From: an uncultured virus (IMG/VR IMGVR_UViG_3300038853_000032) | Taxonomy: Duplodnaviria > Heunggongvirae > Uroviricota > Caudoviricetes | Virus record (IMG/VR): IMGVR_UViG_3300038853_000032 | Length of the DNA: 56,808 bases | Direction: 5' to 3' (one strand) | Shown: positions 17,614 through 27,058 of the stretch, piece after piece | How positions within the stretch are numbered: position 1 is the stretch's first letter | How the letters are laid out: each line of letters opens with the position of its first letter | Notes under the pieces: generated by a model | Told to the model about the DNA's origin: nothing | What the model saw: only the letters and a program-made list of their open reading frames with translations | The model's database searches: none | Position numbers and translations under genes: made by a program

Positions 17614-17884
17614 AGTGACATTTAGTGATTTTTTTGGGGTTTTTATAGTTATAGGTTTGTATGTTTTGTATGAAGTATATCGTTGGAAAAAACATGAGAA
17701 AAAGATGGAAAACTATGAAATAGAATATTTTACCCCTAGTTCTTATACTAATGCGGTAATTGAAACAGATAACCCATATATAAAATGCGATAATGATCAT
17801 CCAATAGTCTATTATGAAATGGGAGATGAAGGTTTCGTAAATTGCGGATATTGCAATACAAGATATGTGTATAAAAATGACTAA
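17600..17884 (+). CDS. zf-CHCC zinc-finger protein with N-terminal TM segment
   Basis: 'IKC...DHPIVY.......V.CGYC..RY'. Confidence 0.75.
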   Translation: MRLNKVTFSDFFGVFIVIGLYVLYEVYRWKKHEKKMENYEIEYFTPSSYTNAVIETDNPYIKCDNDHPIVYYEMGDEGFVNCGYCNTRYVYKND

Positions 17885-18746
17885 TTTAACTGAAATTTTA
17901 GAAGAAAAACACGTTTTTTACAAAAAAACCAATAATCCAGTAGAAATTTTAATTAAATGCACTCATGGCACACATACGGACGAGAATCCAAGTCTAAGTT
18001 ATAACCTAGAAAATAATATATTCCATTGTTGGAGTTGTGGATTCAGTGGAGGAAAAGAAAAATTTCTTAAAAGTATAGGAATTCAAACTAAACTAACATT
18101 TGATAACAAACAGCCTTATAAGATACAAAAAATTAAGCACAAAATAAGAAAGTTATTAGAAAAAAATACCATAGAGTTACCCACTAAGTACCAAACAGCT
18201 AAAGGAATGTGGAAAAACATTTCAACTAAGACTATAACAGAGTTTAAAACATTTTTTACTGAAGAATACGGTTTAAACGACTACATTTGTATTCCTATTT
18301 ACCAATTCCACAAGTTAAGATTTATTGAAGCTCGACATAGATTTGGTGGAAAAAGTAAACCCAAGTACTTACGTAGACCCGCAGGTGCTTCTGTATTAAA
18401 TGTATTATTTCCTTTAGACAAACTTGCTCCTACTTCAGAAGTTATTATAGTAGAAGGATTATTTGATATGCTAAACTTATGGCAACACGGCTATCGCAAT
18501 ACACTATGCACTTTTGGAACTCAGAGTTTCGGAGAAAAAAAAGTTCGTCTTTTAGACGAGTTAGGAGTAACCTCAGTTCAAATAATGATGGATGGAGACT
18601 CGGCGGGGTCTTTAGCTGCTAAAAAAATTAAAAGGTTGTTGGAAAAAAATGACTTTCAAACTAATATAATTCAACTTGCTCAATATCACGATCCAGGAGA
18701 TTTAAGCCCAGATGAAATTAAATATTACTTGTCAAATTCTAACTAA
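17877..18746 (+). CDS. DNA primase (Zn finger + TOPRIM)
   Basis: C..H.D.NPS...FHCWSCG; 'IIVEGLFDML'; 'MMDGDSAG'; DPGD. Confidence 0.92.
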   Translation: MTNLTEILEEKHVFYKKTNNPVEILIKCTHGTHTDENPSLSYNLENNIFHCWSCGFSGGKEKFLKSIGIQTKLTFDNKQPYKIQKIKHKIRKLLEKNTIELPTKYQTAKGMWKNISTKTITEFKTFFTEEYGLNDYICIPIYQFHKLRFIEARHRFGGKSKPKYLRRPAGASVLNVLFPLDKLAPTSEVIIVEGLFDMLNLWQHGYRNTLCTFGTQSFGEKKVRLLDELGVTSVQIMMDGDSAGSLAAKKIKRLLEKNDFQTNIIQLAQYHDPGDLSPDEIKYYLSNSN

Positions 18747-18757
18747 AAGAGTATAAT
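18729..18757 (+). promoter_or_regulatory. sigma70-type promoter directly before the polymerase ATG
   Basis: TTGTCA-17-TATAAT; ATG starts 7 nt after the -10 box. Confidence 0.7.
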
Positions 18758-18763
18758 GAAAAT

Positions 18764-21007
18764 ATGAATAATTCAATCGCCTTTGTTTTTGCTTCAGCAT
18801 CAGAAACCAATCCTACTAGAACGTTAGCCGAATATGATAAAAAGATAGGAGCATATGACGTTCATTTTTTATGCTCTAAAGAAAAAGAAAAAATTCTTAA
18901 AAAAGATATAGACCTAGACTTTTCAGTATTTACTGATTATAAAGTTATTTGTCCTGTAGGGGCTGAAGCATTAAAATATGTTACAGGGTTAACAGGGATT
19001 ACTAAATATAACGCTCATTTTATAGAAAAACGCTATATTCCTGTTATTCATCCTAATCTTACAGTTTTCAAACCCCAATACAAAGATGAAATTAAAAAAG
19101 CATTCTCTAAAATTGAAAAAGTAATAACAGGAGAAATAGATTCAACACAACATGACAAAAACTACAAAACTATTGATAACTCTGAAGATTTTAAAAAGTA
19201 TTTAGTAATACTTCAAAACAGTTCAAAAATCGTTGTTGACATTGAAACAACTTCCTTATCACCTAGAAAAGGAAGTGTACTAGGAATCGCTTTAAGCACG
19301 CAAGAACACGAAGGATTATACGTAACTGCAGAAATAGCAGAAATCTTTATAGAAGAACTTGATAAACTTTTCAAAGAAAAAATTTGTATATTCCATAACT
19401 CCAAGTTTGACATGAGCTTTTTAGAATATGAATTTGGATTTGAGTTTCCTCACTTTGAAGACACTATGTTGCTTCACTACTGTTTAGAAGAAGCTGTTGG
19501 AACTCATGGTTTAAAAAAATTAGCTATGAGATTTACAGATCTAGGAGACTACGAAAAAGAGTTAGACGACTACAAAAAAGCTTTTGCCAGAAAAAAGAAA
19601 ATAAAATTAGAAAATTTTAATTACGGAATGTTACCTGTAGAAATACTAGCTCCATATGCATGTAAAGATGCTGATGGCACATTTCAACTCTACAACAAAT
19701 TTTACCCATTAGTTAATGAAAATGAAAAATTCAACACACTCTATGAAACCATTCTCAAACCCGCAACATTAGCGTTAGCTAAACTGGAATACAACGGAGG
19801 ACCAATTAGTGTTGATCACGCATTAAGTTTACAACATAATTATGAAATTGACATAGAAGAATGTATTAATGAAATTTCTCTAGATGAAAGTGTACAAGAG
19901 TTCGAACGTTTACATGAAAAAACATTCAACCCAAACAGTACAGTTCAGCTAAGAGAAGTTTTTTTTCATATCTTAAAGCTTAAATCGACAAAAAAGACCG
20001 CTACTGGGGCTGAATCTACTGACAAAGAAGTTTTAGCAGAACTAAAACACCCTGTAGCTGAAGCGATATTAGATTTGCGAGAAAAAACCAAATTAAGTAA
20101 TACCTACATAAAAAATATTTTAGAAGGCTTAGATAGAGATAAACGACTACGCTCATCTTTTAATGTCCACGGAACTACGAGTGGAAGATTAAGTAGTTCA
20201 GGTACTTTAAATTACCAGAATATACCAAGAGATAATAAAGACATTAAAAAGCTTTTTAGAGCAAAAGAAAACTGTAAAATAATTCAGTGTGATCTTCAAA
20301 CAGCCGAAGTTTATTATGCTGCCGCACTAAGTAACGATACCTTTCTACAACGAGCTTTTATTGATAAACTCGACTTTCATTCATATGTAGCAAAACAGAT
20401 TTTTAATCTTCCTTGTGCTATTAGTAAGGTAAAAACTCAGTTTCCTAACCAAAGACAATATGCAAAAGCAATTACTTTTGGAATAATGTATCAAGCAGGA
20501 CCAGCTAAAGTAGCTCAAACAGCTAATATATCCTTTCCGCAAGCAAGACAGTTTATTTCTAAATATTTTAGAGAAGCAAGTGCTCTTAAAATATGGATTG
20601 AACGATCTAACTTATTTATTGAGAATCACGCATATATTTATAGCTATTTTGGACGCAAACGCAGACTGCCGGAAAGTCGAAGTCCCAATAAAGGAGTTTC
20701 CCAACATGCGGTTAGAAGTGGAGTAAACTTTTTAGTTCAAAGTGTTGCCAGCGATATTAATGTTTTAGGATTAATTGACACAGTTAACTGGATAGAAAAA
20801 AACAAGTATCAAAAAGTAATGCTTCCCTTTACAGTTGTTCATGACTCTATTGTTGCAGAAGTTCAAGATAACTACGTTGAGGAATGGGTTACAAACGTTA
20901 AACAATTTTTGCAAACTCCACGAGGAATAGAAATTCCAAACTGTCCAATAGGTGTAGATTTTGAAATCGGTTCAAGTTGGGGAGAATTAGAAAGATATGA
21001 CATATAA
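18764..21007 (+). CDS. pol: family A DNA polymerase, T5-like (UDG-like N-domain, 3'-5' exonuclease, polymerase)
   Basis: Exo 'DIET', 'HNSKFD', 'YACKDAD'; 'TTSGRLSS...NYQNIP'; motif A 'CDLQTAEV'; motif B 'RQYAKAITFGIMY'; motif C 'VHDS'. Confidence 0.97.
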   Translation: MNNSIAFVFASASETNPTRTLAEYDKKIGAYDVHFLCSKEKEKILKKDIDLDFSVFTDYKVICPVGAEALKYVTGLTGITKYNAHFIEKRYIPVIHPNLTVFKPQYKDEIKKAFSKIEKVITGEIDSTQHDKNYKTIDNSEDFKKYLVILQNSSKIVVDIETTSLSPRKGSVLGIALSTQEHEGLYVTAEIAEIFIEELDKLFKEKICIFHNSKFDMSFLEYEFGFEFPHFEDTMLLHYCLEEAVGTHGLKKLAMRFTDLGDYEKELDDYKKAFARKKKIKLENFNYGMLPVEILAPYACKDADGTFQLYNKFYPLVNENEKFNTLYETILKPATLALAKLEYNGGPISVDHALSLQHNYEIDIEECINEISLDESVQEFERLHEKTFNPNSTVQLREVFFHILKLKSTKKTATGAESTDKEVLAELKHPVAEAILDLREKTKLSNTYIKNILEGLDRDKRLRSSFNVHGTTSGRLSSSGTLNYQNIPRDNKDIKKLFRAKENCKIIQCDLQTAEVYYAAALSNDTFLQRAFIDKLDFHSYVAKQIFNLPCAISKVKTQFPNQRQYAKAITFGIMYQAGPAKVAQTANISFPQARQFISKYFREASALKIWIERSNLFIENHAYIYSYFGRKRRLPESRSPNKGVSQHAVRSGVNFLVQSVASDINVLGLIDTVNWIEKNKYQKVMLPFTVVHDSIVAEVQDNYVEEWVTNVKQFLQTPRGIEIPNCPIGVDFEIGSSWGELERYDI

Positions 21008-21532
21008 ATGAATACTAAATTTAGTTGTATTCGATTTCCATTTTTTGGACTTAAAACAAAGCCCTACCGTATTCATTACGACACTAAGAACTCACAAATT
21101 AAAGTAACTAAAGTTAAGAATGGAAAAATTTATGTACTTGACGGTTTTAACTTAAATGACAATACCTACCCCGAAAGATTACTAAACTTAGATAAAATGC
21201 ACCCGCAATCACGAATTGTTTTTGATTTTACGTTTAGTAGATTATCGCAGTTAATTAAGTCTATTGATAAAGTGAAGTGGGGAGTAGACTCAGAAGGATC
21301 ACATATTAATTTAAGTAAAAAAGAAAAATTTAAAGCCAAAATAGCTAGAGTTGAAAAGAAAACTGATCAATTACTATGGCTTGAAAAAGTTTCTTATCCT
21401 TTTGAATTACCCCATCCTGTTAAAAATTTTAAATCTAAAGATTTATACGCACTACTCGTTAGTGTAGACAATACTTGGTATATAAAAGATTTTACTCACG
21501 AAAAAGATTATATCACTGAAGTTAACCTATAA
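21008..21532 (+). CDS. hypothetical protein between pol and D10, as in T5
   Basis: ORF and synteny. Confidence 0.7.
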   Translation: MNTKFSCIRFPFFGLKTKPYRIHYDTKNSQIKVTKVKNGKIYVLDGFNLNDNTYPERLLNLDKMHPQSRIVFDFTFSRLSQLIKSIDKVKWGVDSEGSHINLSKKEKFKAKIARVEKKTDQLLWLEKVSYPFELPHPVKNFKSKDLYALLVSVDNTWYIKDFTHEKDYITEVNL

Positions 21533-21535
21533 ACA

Positions 21536-22831
21536 ATGCTACCCAAAATTAAAGTTAAAAACGCTATTTTACAGGATAAAATATATATCTATAAAAAAGA
21601 TATAGATGATTCTGCAGTTTTTGAATCGAGATTTCGGACTATATTAGATAAAGATATTTTTGAGTGGTTTCAATACGATTATGAAACTGAGCTTTATACT
21701 ATTCCTAGTAACGCTTACCATAAGCTCGAAATAGATAAGTATACTGATAACAGACAATTTATAGAGGCGAAAATTCCGTTTCATTTTAGTGGTAAGCTAA
21801 GACCAGAACAACAAAAAGTATCAGATGCATTTTTTAGTCGTAAAAACCGTATTACCAGTGGTTTATTTCAAGCACCTTGTGGATGGGGTAAGACTTATGT
21901 AGGGTGTCATCTTATTGCAAAAGCTCATTTACCTACCCTTATTTTAGTCCATACCAAACTATTGTTTAAACAATGGCAAGAAGAGTTAAAAAAACAAATT
22001 CCTAACACTCCTATAGGAACTGTTGGAGACGGAGAGTTCAATATTCAAGAACTTACAGTTGGAATTTATAAAAGCGTGTACAATAACTTACCTTATTTAA
22101 ACAACACTTTTAGTATGGTTATAGTAGATGAAGCGCACTTATGTCCAGCAGAAATGTTTTCTACTGCCCTTAATAACATTAATTGTAAAATAAAAATTGC
22201 AATCACAGCAACTCCTAAAAGAAAAGACGGCAAACATCTTGTTCTATCTGACTATTTTACTCCTTTTAAAATTTGTGCCGAAGATCCTAATAAAAAAGAA
22301 AATCCAAGCGTAAAGTTTGTAATAACAGACATTCCATTTACAGTATTTGATCCAAAAAAAGATTGGGGTAAACAACTAACTAAATTAGGAGAGCTAACAG
22401 AATATATTAATTTAATTAGCGAAATTGCTAACCGAGATATCGCCAACGGAAGGTGCCCCCTAATTTTATCAGATAGGGTAGGGATGTTGAAAAAATTACA
22501 CACGCTTATTAATAAAAGCGCGCTTTTAATTGGAGAAACAAAAGAGGAACAAAGAAAGGATATACTTCAAAATGCAGGAACAAAATATAAAGCTATCTTA
22601 TCAACTAAAATCTTTGATGAAGGAATTAGTTGTCATCGTTTAGATACACTTTACTTAACCTGCCCAAGCAATAATCCCATTAAATTAGAACAACGAATCG
22701 GGAGAATATTACGACAACATCCCGAAAAAAAACATCCAGTAATTAGAGATTTTCAGTTTAATGGGGCCATAGTCCATAATCAACAAATGAACCGATTAAA
22801 ATGGTATCGAGAGAAAGAATTTACAATATGA
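21536..22831 (+). CDS. D10: SF2 helicase, T5 D10/UvsW-like
   Basis: 'APCGWGKT', DEAH, 'TATP.RKDG', 'EGIS', 'QRIGRILR'. Confidence 0.92.
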   Translation: MLPKIKVKNAILQDKIYIYKKDIDDSAVFESRFRTILDKDIFEWFQYDYETELYTIPSNAYHKLEIDKYTDNRQFIEAKIPFHFSGKLRPEQQKVSDAFFSRKNRITSGLFQAPCGWGKTYVGCHLIAKAHLPTLILVHTKLLFKQWQEELKKQIPNTPIGTVGDGEFNIQELTVGIYKSVYNNLPYLNNTFSMVIVDEAHLCPAEMFSTALNNINCKIKIAITATPKRKDGKHLVLSDYFTPFKICAEDPNKKENPSVKFVITDIPFTVFDPKKDWGKQLTKLGELTEYINLISEIANRDIANGRCPLILSDRVGMLKKLHTLINKSALLIGETKEEQRKDILQNAGTKYKAILSTKIFDEGISCHRLDTLYLTCPSNNPIKLEQRIGRILRQHPEKKHPVIRDFQFNGAIVHNQQMNRLKWYREKEFTI

Positions 22832-23217
22832 CAGACCTATTTCAATCAATAAACTTTACATCTCACGCTGGCTTACCATTAACTTGGAAAATCGAAATGG
22901 ATGCTTTATCAGACCCAGAATGGGAATGCATTGCTAAAATGATAATAAGTTACGAACACCGATCGTTCTTTAAATGTGTAGGAATTCCAACAGGAGGAAC
23001 AAAACTAGCCTGCATTTTAAATAATCATGCTACACAAAATCCTAAAGACCCTATACTTATTGTAGATGATGTTTTAACAACAGGAACTTCTATGGAAAAA
23101 ACTAAATCCTATGAAAAAAGCTTCCGCTTTGTTCCTAACGTTTTTGGGTGGGTGGTATTTGCTCGTTTTACTTGTCCTGACTGGGTAACTCCTTTATTTC
23201 AGATGCCAACATCATGA
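22828..23217 (+). CDS. phosphoribosyltransferase, orotate PRTase (PyrE)-like, short
   Basis: 'FTSHAGLPLTWKIEMDAL', 'GIPTGG', PRPP loop 'LIVDDVLTTGTS'. Confidence 0.8.
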   Translation: MTDLFQSINFTSHAGLPLTWKIEMDALSDPEWECIAKMIISYEHRSFFKCVGIPTGGTKLACILNNHATQNPKDPILIVDDVLTTGTSMEKTKSYEKSFRFVPNVFGWVVFARFTCPDWVTPLFQMPTS

Positions 23218-23567
23218 ATTTTTACCTCAAACTCCCAAATTATTCTTGGTACTCAGAAGAAGAGTTAGTAAAAGGAGTCAGACCTATCTATGAAAAAAAC
23301 GATGTAGTTATTGGACACCTTTACAAACAAAATAAAATATGGTATGTTCATCTTAAAGATAAATACTACTTTCACGCTGAAAAAACAAAAAAGTGTGGAA
23401 TAGTGGGAACTTCAGTAATGGGTTTTGACTCATTTAAAAGTGCTAAGAACTGGTTAGAGAATCCAAAAGTAGGTAAAATAACTGTAAGATTTAACGAACT
23501 TAGTAAAACAGTAGGCTGCTGTACAGCAACTGCTCTAGGAGCTGTGATGTTTCATGAAAAAGTATAG
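23214..23567 (+). CDS. hypothetical protein
   Basis: ATGA-coupled ORF. Confidence 0.55.
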   Translation: MNFYLKLPNYSWYSEEELVKGVRPIYEKNDVVIGHLYKQNKIWYVHLKDKYYFHAEKTKKCGIVGTSVMGFDSFKSAKNWLENPKVGKITVRFNELSKTVGCCTATALGAVMFHEKV

Positions 23568-23778
23568 AGTAATAACCTTTCTTCGGAAGTCTATTAAGGA
23601 TAATCAGGGTGAAGCTATTAGAAGTGCATGTAATACTTTTGGTTTAGGAGAAATTATAGAGATACGTTCTGGTCAATGTCATTTTATAGAGTGTAGTGAT
23701 GATACAGACGTTGAGGGTTTATGTAAAAAGTTGTTAGCTAATCCAGTAATGGAAGATTATATTATAGAAGAGGAGTAA
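23554..23778 (+). CDS. purS: FGAM synthase subunit PurS
   Basis: 'L...IKDNQGEAI', 'EIRSG', 'CKKLLANPVMEDY'. Confidence 0.88.
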   Translation: MKKYRVITFLRKSIKDNQGEAIRSACNTFGLGEIIEIRSGQCHFIECSDDTDVEGLCKKLLANPVMEDYIIEEE

Positions 23779-23784
23779 AAATCG

Positions 23785-23895
23785 ATGTTTGATGATATAC
23801 TATGGTTGATAATTGCACTTTTGGGGTCTGCATTAGCGACACTACTTTTTGTTAAGTTATCAAATCCAGAACTTATTCAAGGAGCATGGATGTAA
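23785..23895 (+). CDS. small membrane protein (36 aa, not in ORF track)
   Basis: MFDDILWLIIALLGSALATLLFVKLSNPELIQGAWM; AGGAG RBS. Confidence 0.6.
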   Translation: MFDDILWLIIALLGSALATLLFVKLSNPELIQGAWM

Positions 23896-23925
23896 AAATT
23901 TTATATAATAGAAAGGGTAAAAACG

Positions 23926-24339
23926 ATGAGCGAAGTTGGAATAATAATGGGTAGTGCGTCTGATCTGGAAATGATGACGCATTGTTCAGATAAGTTAGAT
24001 GAATTAAATATTACAAATGAGACTATTGTTGCGTCTGCGCATAGAACACCGGAAAAAGTAAGAGAATGGACTACTGGTGCGATTAGCAAGGGAATGAAAG
24101 TAATTATCGCAGCCGCCGGCATGTCTGCTGCACTACCTGGAGTAGTTGCAGCATATACGACTTTACCAGTAATAGGTGTTCCAATGAAGTCTGACTTATT
24201 AGGATTAGATAGTTTATTAAGCATATCACAAATGCCTAAAGGTGTACCTGTTGCATGTATGTCGATAGGAAAACACGGCGCAATTAATGCAGCATTATTT
24301 GCAGAACGTGTAATCAAGGGTAGCTATAGAATACCTTAG
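23926..24339 (+). CDS. purE: N5-CAIR mutase PurE
   Basis: 'IIMGSASD', 'SAHRTP', '[24 protein letters not shown]', '[16 protein letters not shown]'. Confidence 0.95.
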   Translation: MSEVGIIMGSASDLEMMTHCSDKLDELNITNETIVASAHRTPEKVREWTTGAISKGMKVIIAAAGMSAALPGVVAAYTTLPVIGVPMKSDLLGLDSLLSISQMPKGVPVACMSIGKHGAINAALFAERVIKGSYRIP

Positions 24340-24344
24340 GAAAA

Positions 24345-24779
24345 ATGTACTATTTTAATTGGACAGAACTATGGGCACAAAGTAATGGGGAACCCGAATC
24401 AATCTTAATATTGACATATGGTCTTACAATGGGATATAATAATATTATTGCAAAGTCGGGAAATCACTTAATAAAAAAACTTTATATTAATAAAATTAAT
24501 TTCCGTCTTTTTCGCACTAAACAATTAAAATCGTTAAAAAATCATCTGATTATTAACAATTACAAATGTAAAGATATACAAAGCTATTTTAAAAATAAAA
24601 GCTTTTTAACTTCAACTGTAAATCCAGTATTAAAAGTGGAATATCTATACATACTAAGCAAACGTTCAATTGCTAACCACAACCACTACATTCCAAAAAA
24701 CTATGTATCTTCCGCACATTGGAAAAATACATTCGTCAAAGAACGACCAGATATATTGGAATTCACTTTAGAAAAATAG
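24345..24779 (+). CDS. hypothetical protein upstream of D11, as in T5
   Basis: ORF and synteny. Confidence 0.65.
   Translation: MYYFNWTELWAQSNGEPESILILTYGLTMGYNNIIAKSGNHLIKKLYINKINFRLFRTKQLKSLKNHLIINNYKCKDIQSYFKNKSFLTSTVNPVLKVEYLYILSKRSIANHNHYIPKNYVSSAHWKNTFVKERPDILEFTLEK
24411..24440 (+). promoter_or_regulatory. intragenic sigma70 promoter, probably driving D11 onward
   Basis: Consensus TTGACA-18-TATAAT. Confidence 0.6.
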
Positions 24780-24789
24780 GAGAAATACT

Positions 24790-25446
24790 ATGATAGCTTG
24801 GGACAAAGCTAAAGTACCTCAACAAGGAGGAGGAGAACGCCGTGAGATTAAACGACTTAGCCTTCCAATTGGCGACACAAAAATTAGATTAATCGGAGAA
24901 GTAATGCCCCGATATGTCTACTGGATTACTACTACCGAAGGAAAACGAATGCCTCTAGAGTGTTTACGTTTTGTTCGAGAGCAAGAAAAATTCATTGATT
25001 CTAACGAAGACCCTTTTAAAGAGTTACCACCTGATGTTTTTAGTGATAAACCTCAATTTGCGTATATCTGTAATGTATTAGACAGGCGTGACGGTCAAAT
25101 TAAAATTTTTGACCTTAAAAGTACTATCTATCGACAAATTGTCGATTTTGCCGGAAACAAAGAATACGGAAATCCAGCCGATCCTAAAACAGGGTATGAC
25201 ATTACAGTTAAAAAGGAAAAAACAGGACCGCTTCCTCAAAACGTAAAATATACCTGTCTCCCAGCTCGAGCAAGCACGGAGCTAACTGAAGAAGAACAGA
25301 AAGCAGATCTTTTTGATCTTCACAGAATTTTTAAACGACAAACCTATGACGATCAAAAGAAATGGATGCTAGAAAATACTGCGCTATTTGCATCAACTAC
25401 TAGTGATGAGTTTGTTCCTCAAGAAAACGCCGAGGACTTAGACTAA
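24790..25446 (+). CDS. D11: T5 D11-like ssDNA-binding protein
   Basis: 'IRLIG.V.PRYVYW', 'P.ECL.F', 'DP.TGYDI..KKEKTGPLPQNV.Y'; acidic C-tail. Confidence 0.82.
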   Translation: MIAWDKAKVPQQGGGERREIKRLSLPIGDTKIRLIGEVMPRYVYWITTTEGKRMPLECLRFVREQEKFIDSNEDPFKELPPDVFSDKPQFAYICNVLDRRDGQIKIFDLKSTIYRQIVDFAGNKEYGNPADPKTGYDITVKKEKTGPLPQNVKYTCLPARASTELTEEEQKADLFDLHRIFKRQTYDDQKKWMLENTALFASTTSDEFVPQENAEDLD

Positions 25447-26322
25447 ATGAAAAAATATAAGCTTAATGAGTTAGTGAAAACTACTGATCAGGCTCAACAA
25501 ATAGGGGAGGTTGGCGCCTCCCCTAATGTTGCACCTATCAAAGTAACGCAAGCTCACCCAGGAGGAGCCTTCAGAAAAGTAGAGGGTGACCAAGTAGTCA
25601 TTGATATGGAAGTAGTAAGAAAAAATAATGTTTTCTTTGCTACCCCTTGTTATGGAGGTCTTGTTACAGACCAGTATTTTTTGAGTATGTTTAGACTTAC
25701 TCAAGAATTAATTAAATACAACGTTAATTTTAGAATTACTACTTTAAGAAACGAAAGTTTAGTACCGCGTGCTAGAAATATTCTAAACGCAATGTTTTTA
25801 GAAGCCAAAGAATGTACTCACTTAATGTTTATTGACGCAGATATTGAATTTGATCCTGAAGCTGTTATTAGAATGATTGCGATGGATAAAGACTTAATTA
25901 CGGGAGCATACCCTAAGAAAACTCTTCCTGTTGATTACGCAATTAACTTAAAATTTGCTGACCAACAAAAACAACAAGTAAGAGTGGATTTAGGAGCTGT
26001 TGAAGTTTTAGATGCTAGTACAGGTTTTTGGTTAATGAAACGCAGTGTAGTGGAAAAAATGATTAAAGCATATCCTGAACTTTATTATGTTAATGACAGT
26101 AGTATTGATCCTAAATTTAACCAATATTGTTATTCTTTCTTTGACACCATTCACGATCCTGATGATAATAGGTATCTATCAGAAGACTATACTTTTTGTC
26201 GAAGATGGCAAAAAATTGGAGGAAAAATTTGGCTTGACCCGAACACCAAACTCAACCATATCGGAAGCTACACATTTGAAGGAAATGTTAATAAAATATT
26301 TAATTGGGACGCTACAAAGTAA
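25447..26322 (+). CDS. glycosyltransferase-like protein (GT-A)
   Basis: 'ATPCYGG', 'ESLVPRARN', 'THLMFIDADI', 'GAYPKK', 'TGF.L.KR', 'YLSEDYTFCRRW...GGKIW.DP...L.H.G'. Confidence 0.8.
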   Translation: MKKYKLNELVKTTDQAQQIGEVGASPNVAPIKVTQAHPGGAFRKVEGDQVVIDMEVVRKNNVFFATPCYGGLVTDQYFLSMFRLTQELIKYNVNFRITTLRNESLVPRARNILNAMFLEAKECTHLMFIDADIEFDPEAVIRMIAMDKDLITGAYPKKTLPVDYAINLKFADQQKQQVRVDLGAVEVLDASTGFWLMKRSVVEKMIKAYPELYYVNDSSIDPKFNQYCYSFFDTIHDPDDNRYLSEDYTFCRRWQKIGGKIWLDPNTKLNHIGSYTFEGNVNKIFNWDATK

Positions 26323-27054
26323 ATGGCTAACTTGGAAGAATATCAAAAAAAGGTGTTTTCTCAATTCGGAGAAGACGGAATCACAGAATATATTTTTAGT
26401 AAGATTCAAACTCAAAACAAGTACTTTGTAGAAATAGGAACCCAAGACGGAAGCGAATGTAATACTCGCCATTTAAGAGAAAATTTAGGGTGGACAGGAC
26501 TACAAATCGATGCTAAGTATGAAAATCCTTTAATTAACCTCAAAAAGCATATGATAACGAAAGAAAATGTTATTCAAATTCTTAGGGAATACAAAACCCC
26601 ACAAGAATTTGATTTCTTTTCTCTTGATATCGACGGCGTTGATTGGTATATACTTCAACGAGTACTAGATACCTACACTCTTAGAGCATTTGTATGTGAG
26701 TACAATGCTTGTTTAGGAGTTAAAAGAGATCAAGTTGTAGAGTATGACCCATATTTTTGGGACGCAGGTCCTTACAACATTTACCACGGCGCAAGCCTTA
26801 AAGCGTTCCATCAGTTAGCTAATTTCTATGACTATTCATTAATCTACAGTAATGGAGTTAACGCTTTCTTTATTAATAATAAGTATTGGACTAACGACAC
26901 TGATTTTCCTAATACTAATAACTTAGAAATACTTTGGAAAGATTACCCAGAATTTTTAGGTTATCGATTTGTTCACGATCACTCTACCCATGAACACGGA
27001 AATTTTGACACGTCTAAGCTTCTATTAGAATTTGAAAAATGTAAGTTATTTTAA
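26323..27054 (+). CDS. FkbM-like SAM-dependent methyltransferase
   Basis: 'SQFGEDG', 'FVEIG..DG.ECNT', 'FSLDIDGVDW', 'EYN', 'GASL.A'. Confidence 0.7.
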   Translation: MANLEEYQKKVFSQFGEDGITEYIFSKIQTQNKYFVEIGTQDGSECNTRHLRENLGWTGLQIDAKYENPLINLKKHMITKENVIQILREYKTPQEFDFFSLDIDGVDWYILQRVLDTYTLRAFVCEYNACLGVKRDQVVEYDPYFWDAGPYNIYHGASLKAFHQLANFYDYSLIYSNGVNAFFINNKYWTNDTDFPNTNNLEILWKDYPEFLGYRFVHDHSTHEHGNFDTSKLLLEFEKCKLF

Positions 27055-27058
27055 AATA

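Noticed and set aside
22828..24339. Z-genome (PurZ) or deazaguanine modification cluster
   Set aside because: The genes are PurS, PurE and a PRTase; no PurA/PurZ, DatZ, QueC/D/E, FolE or DpdA motifs were seen
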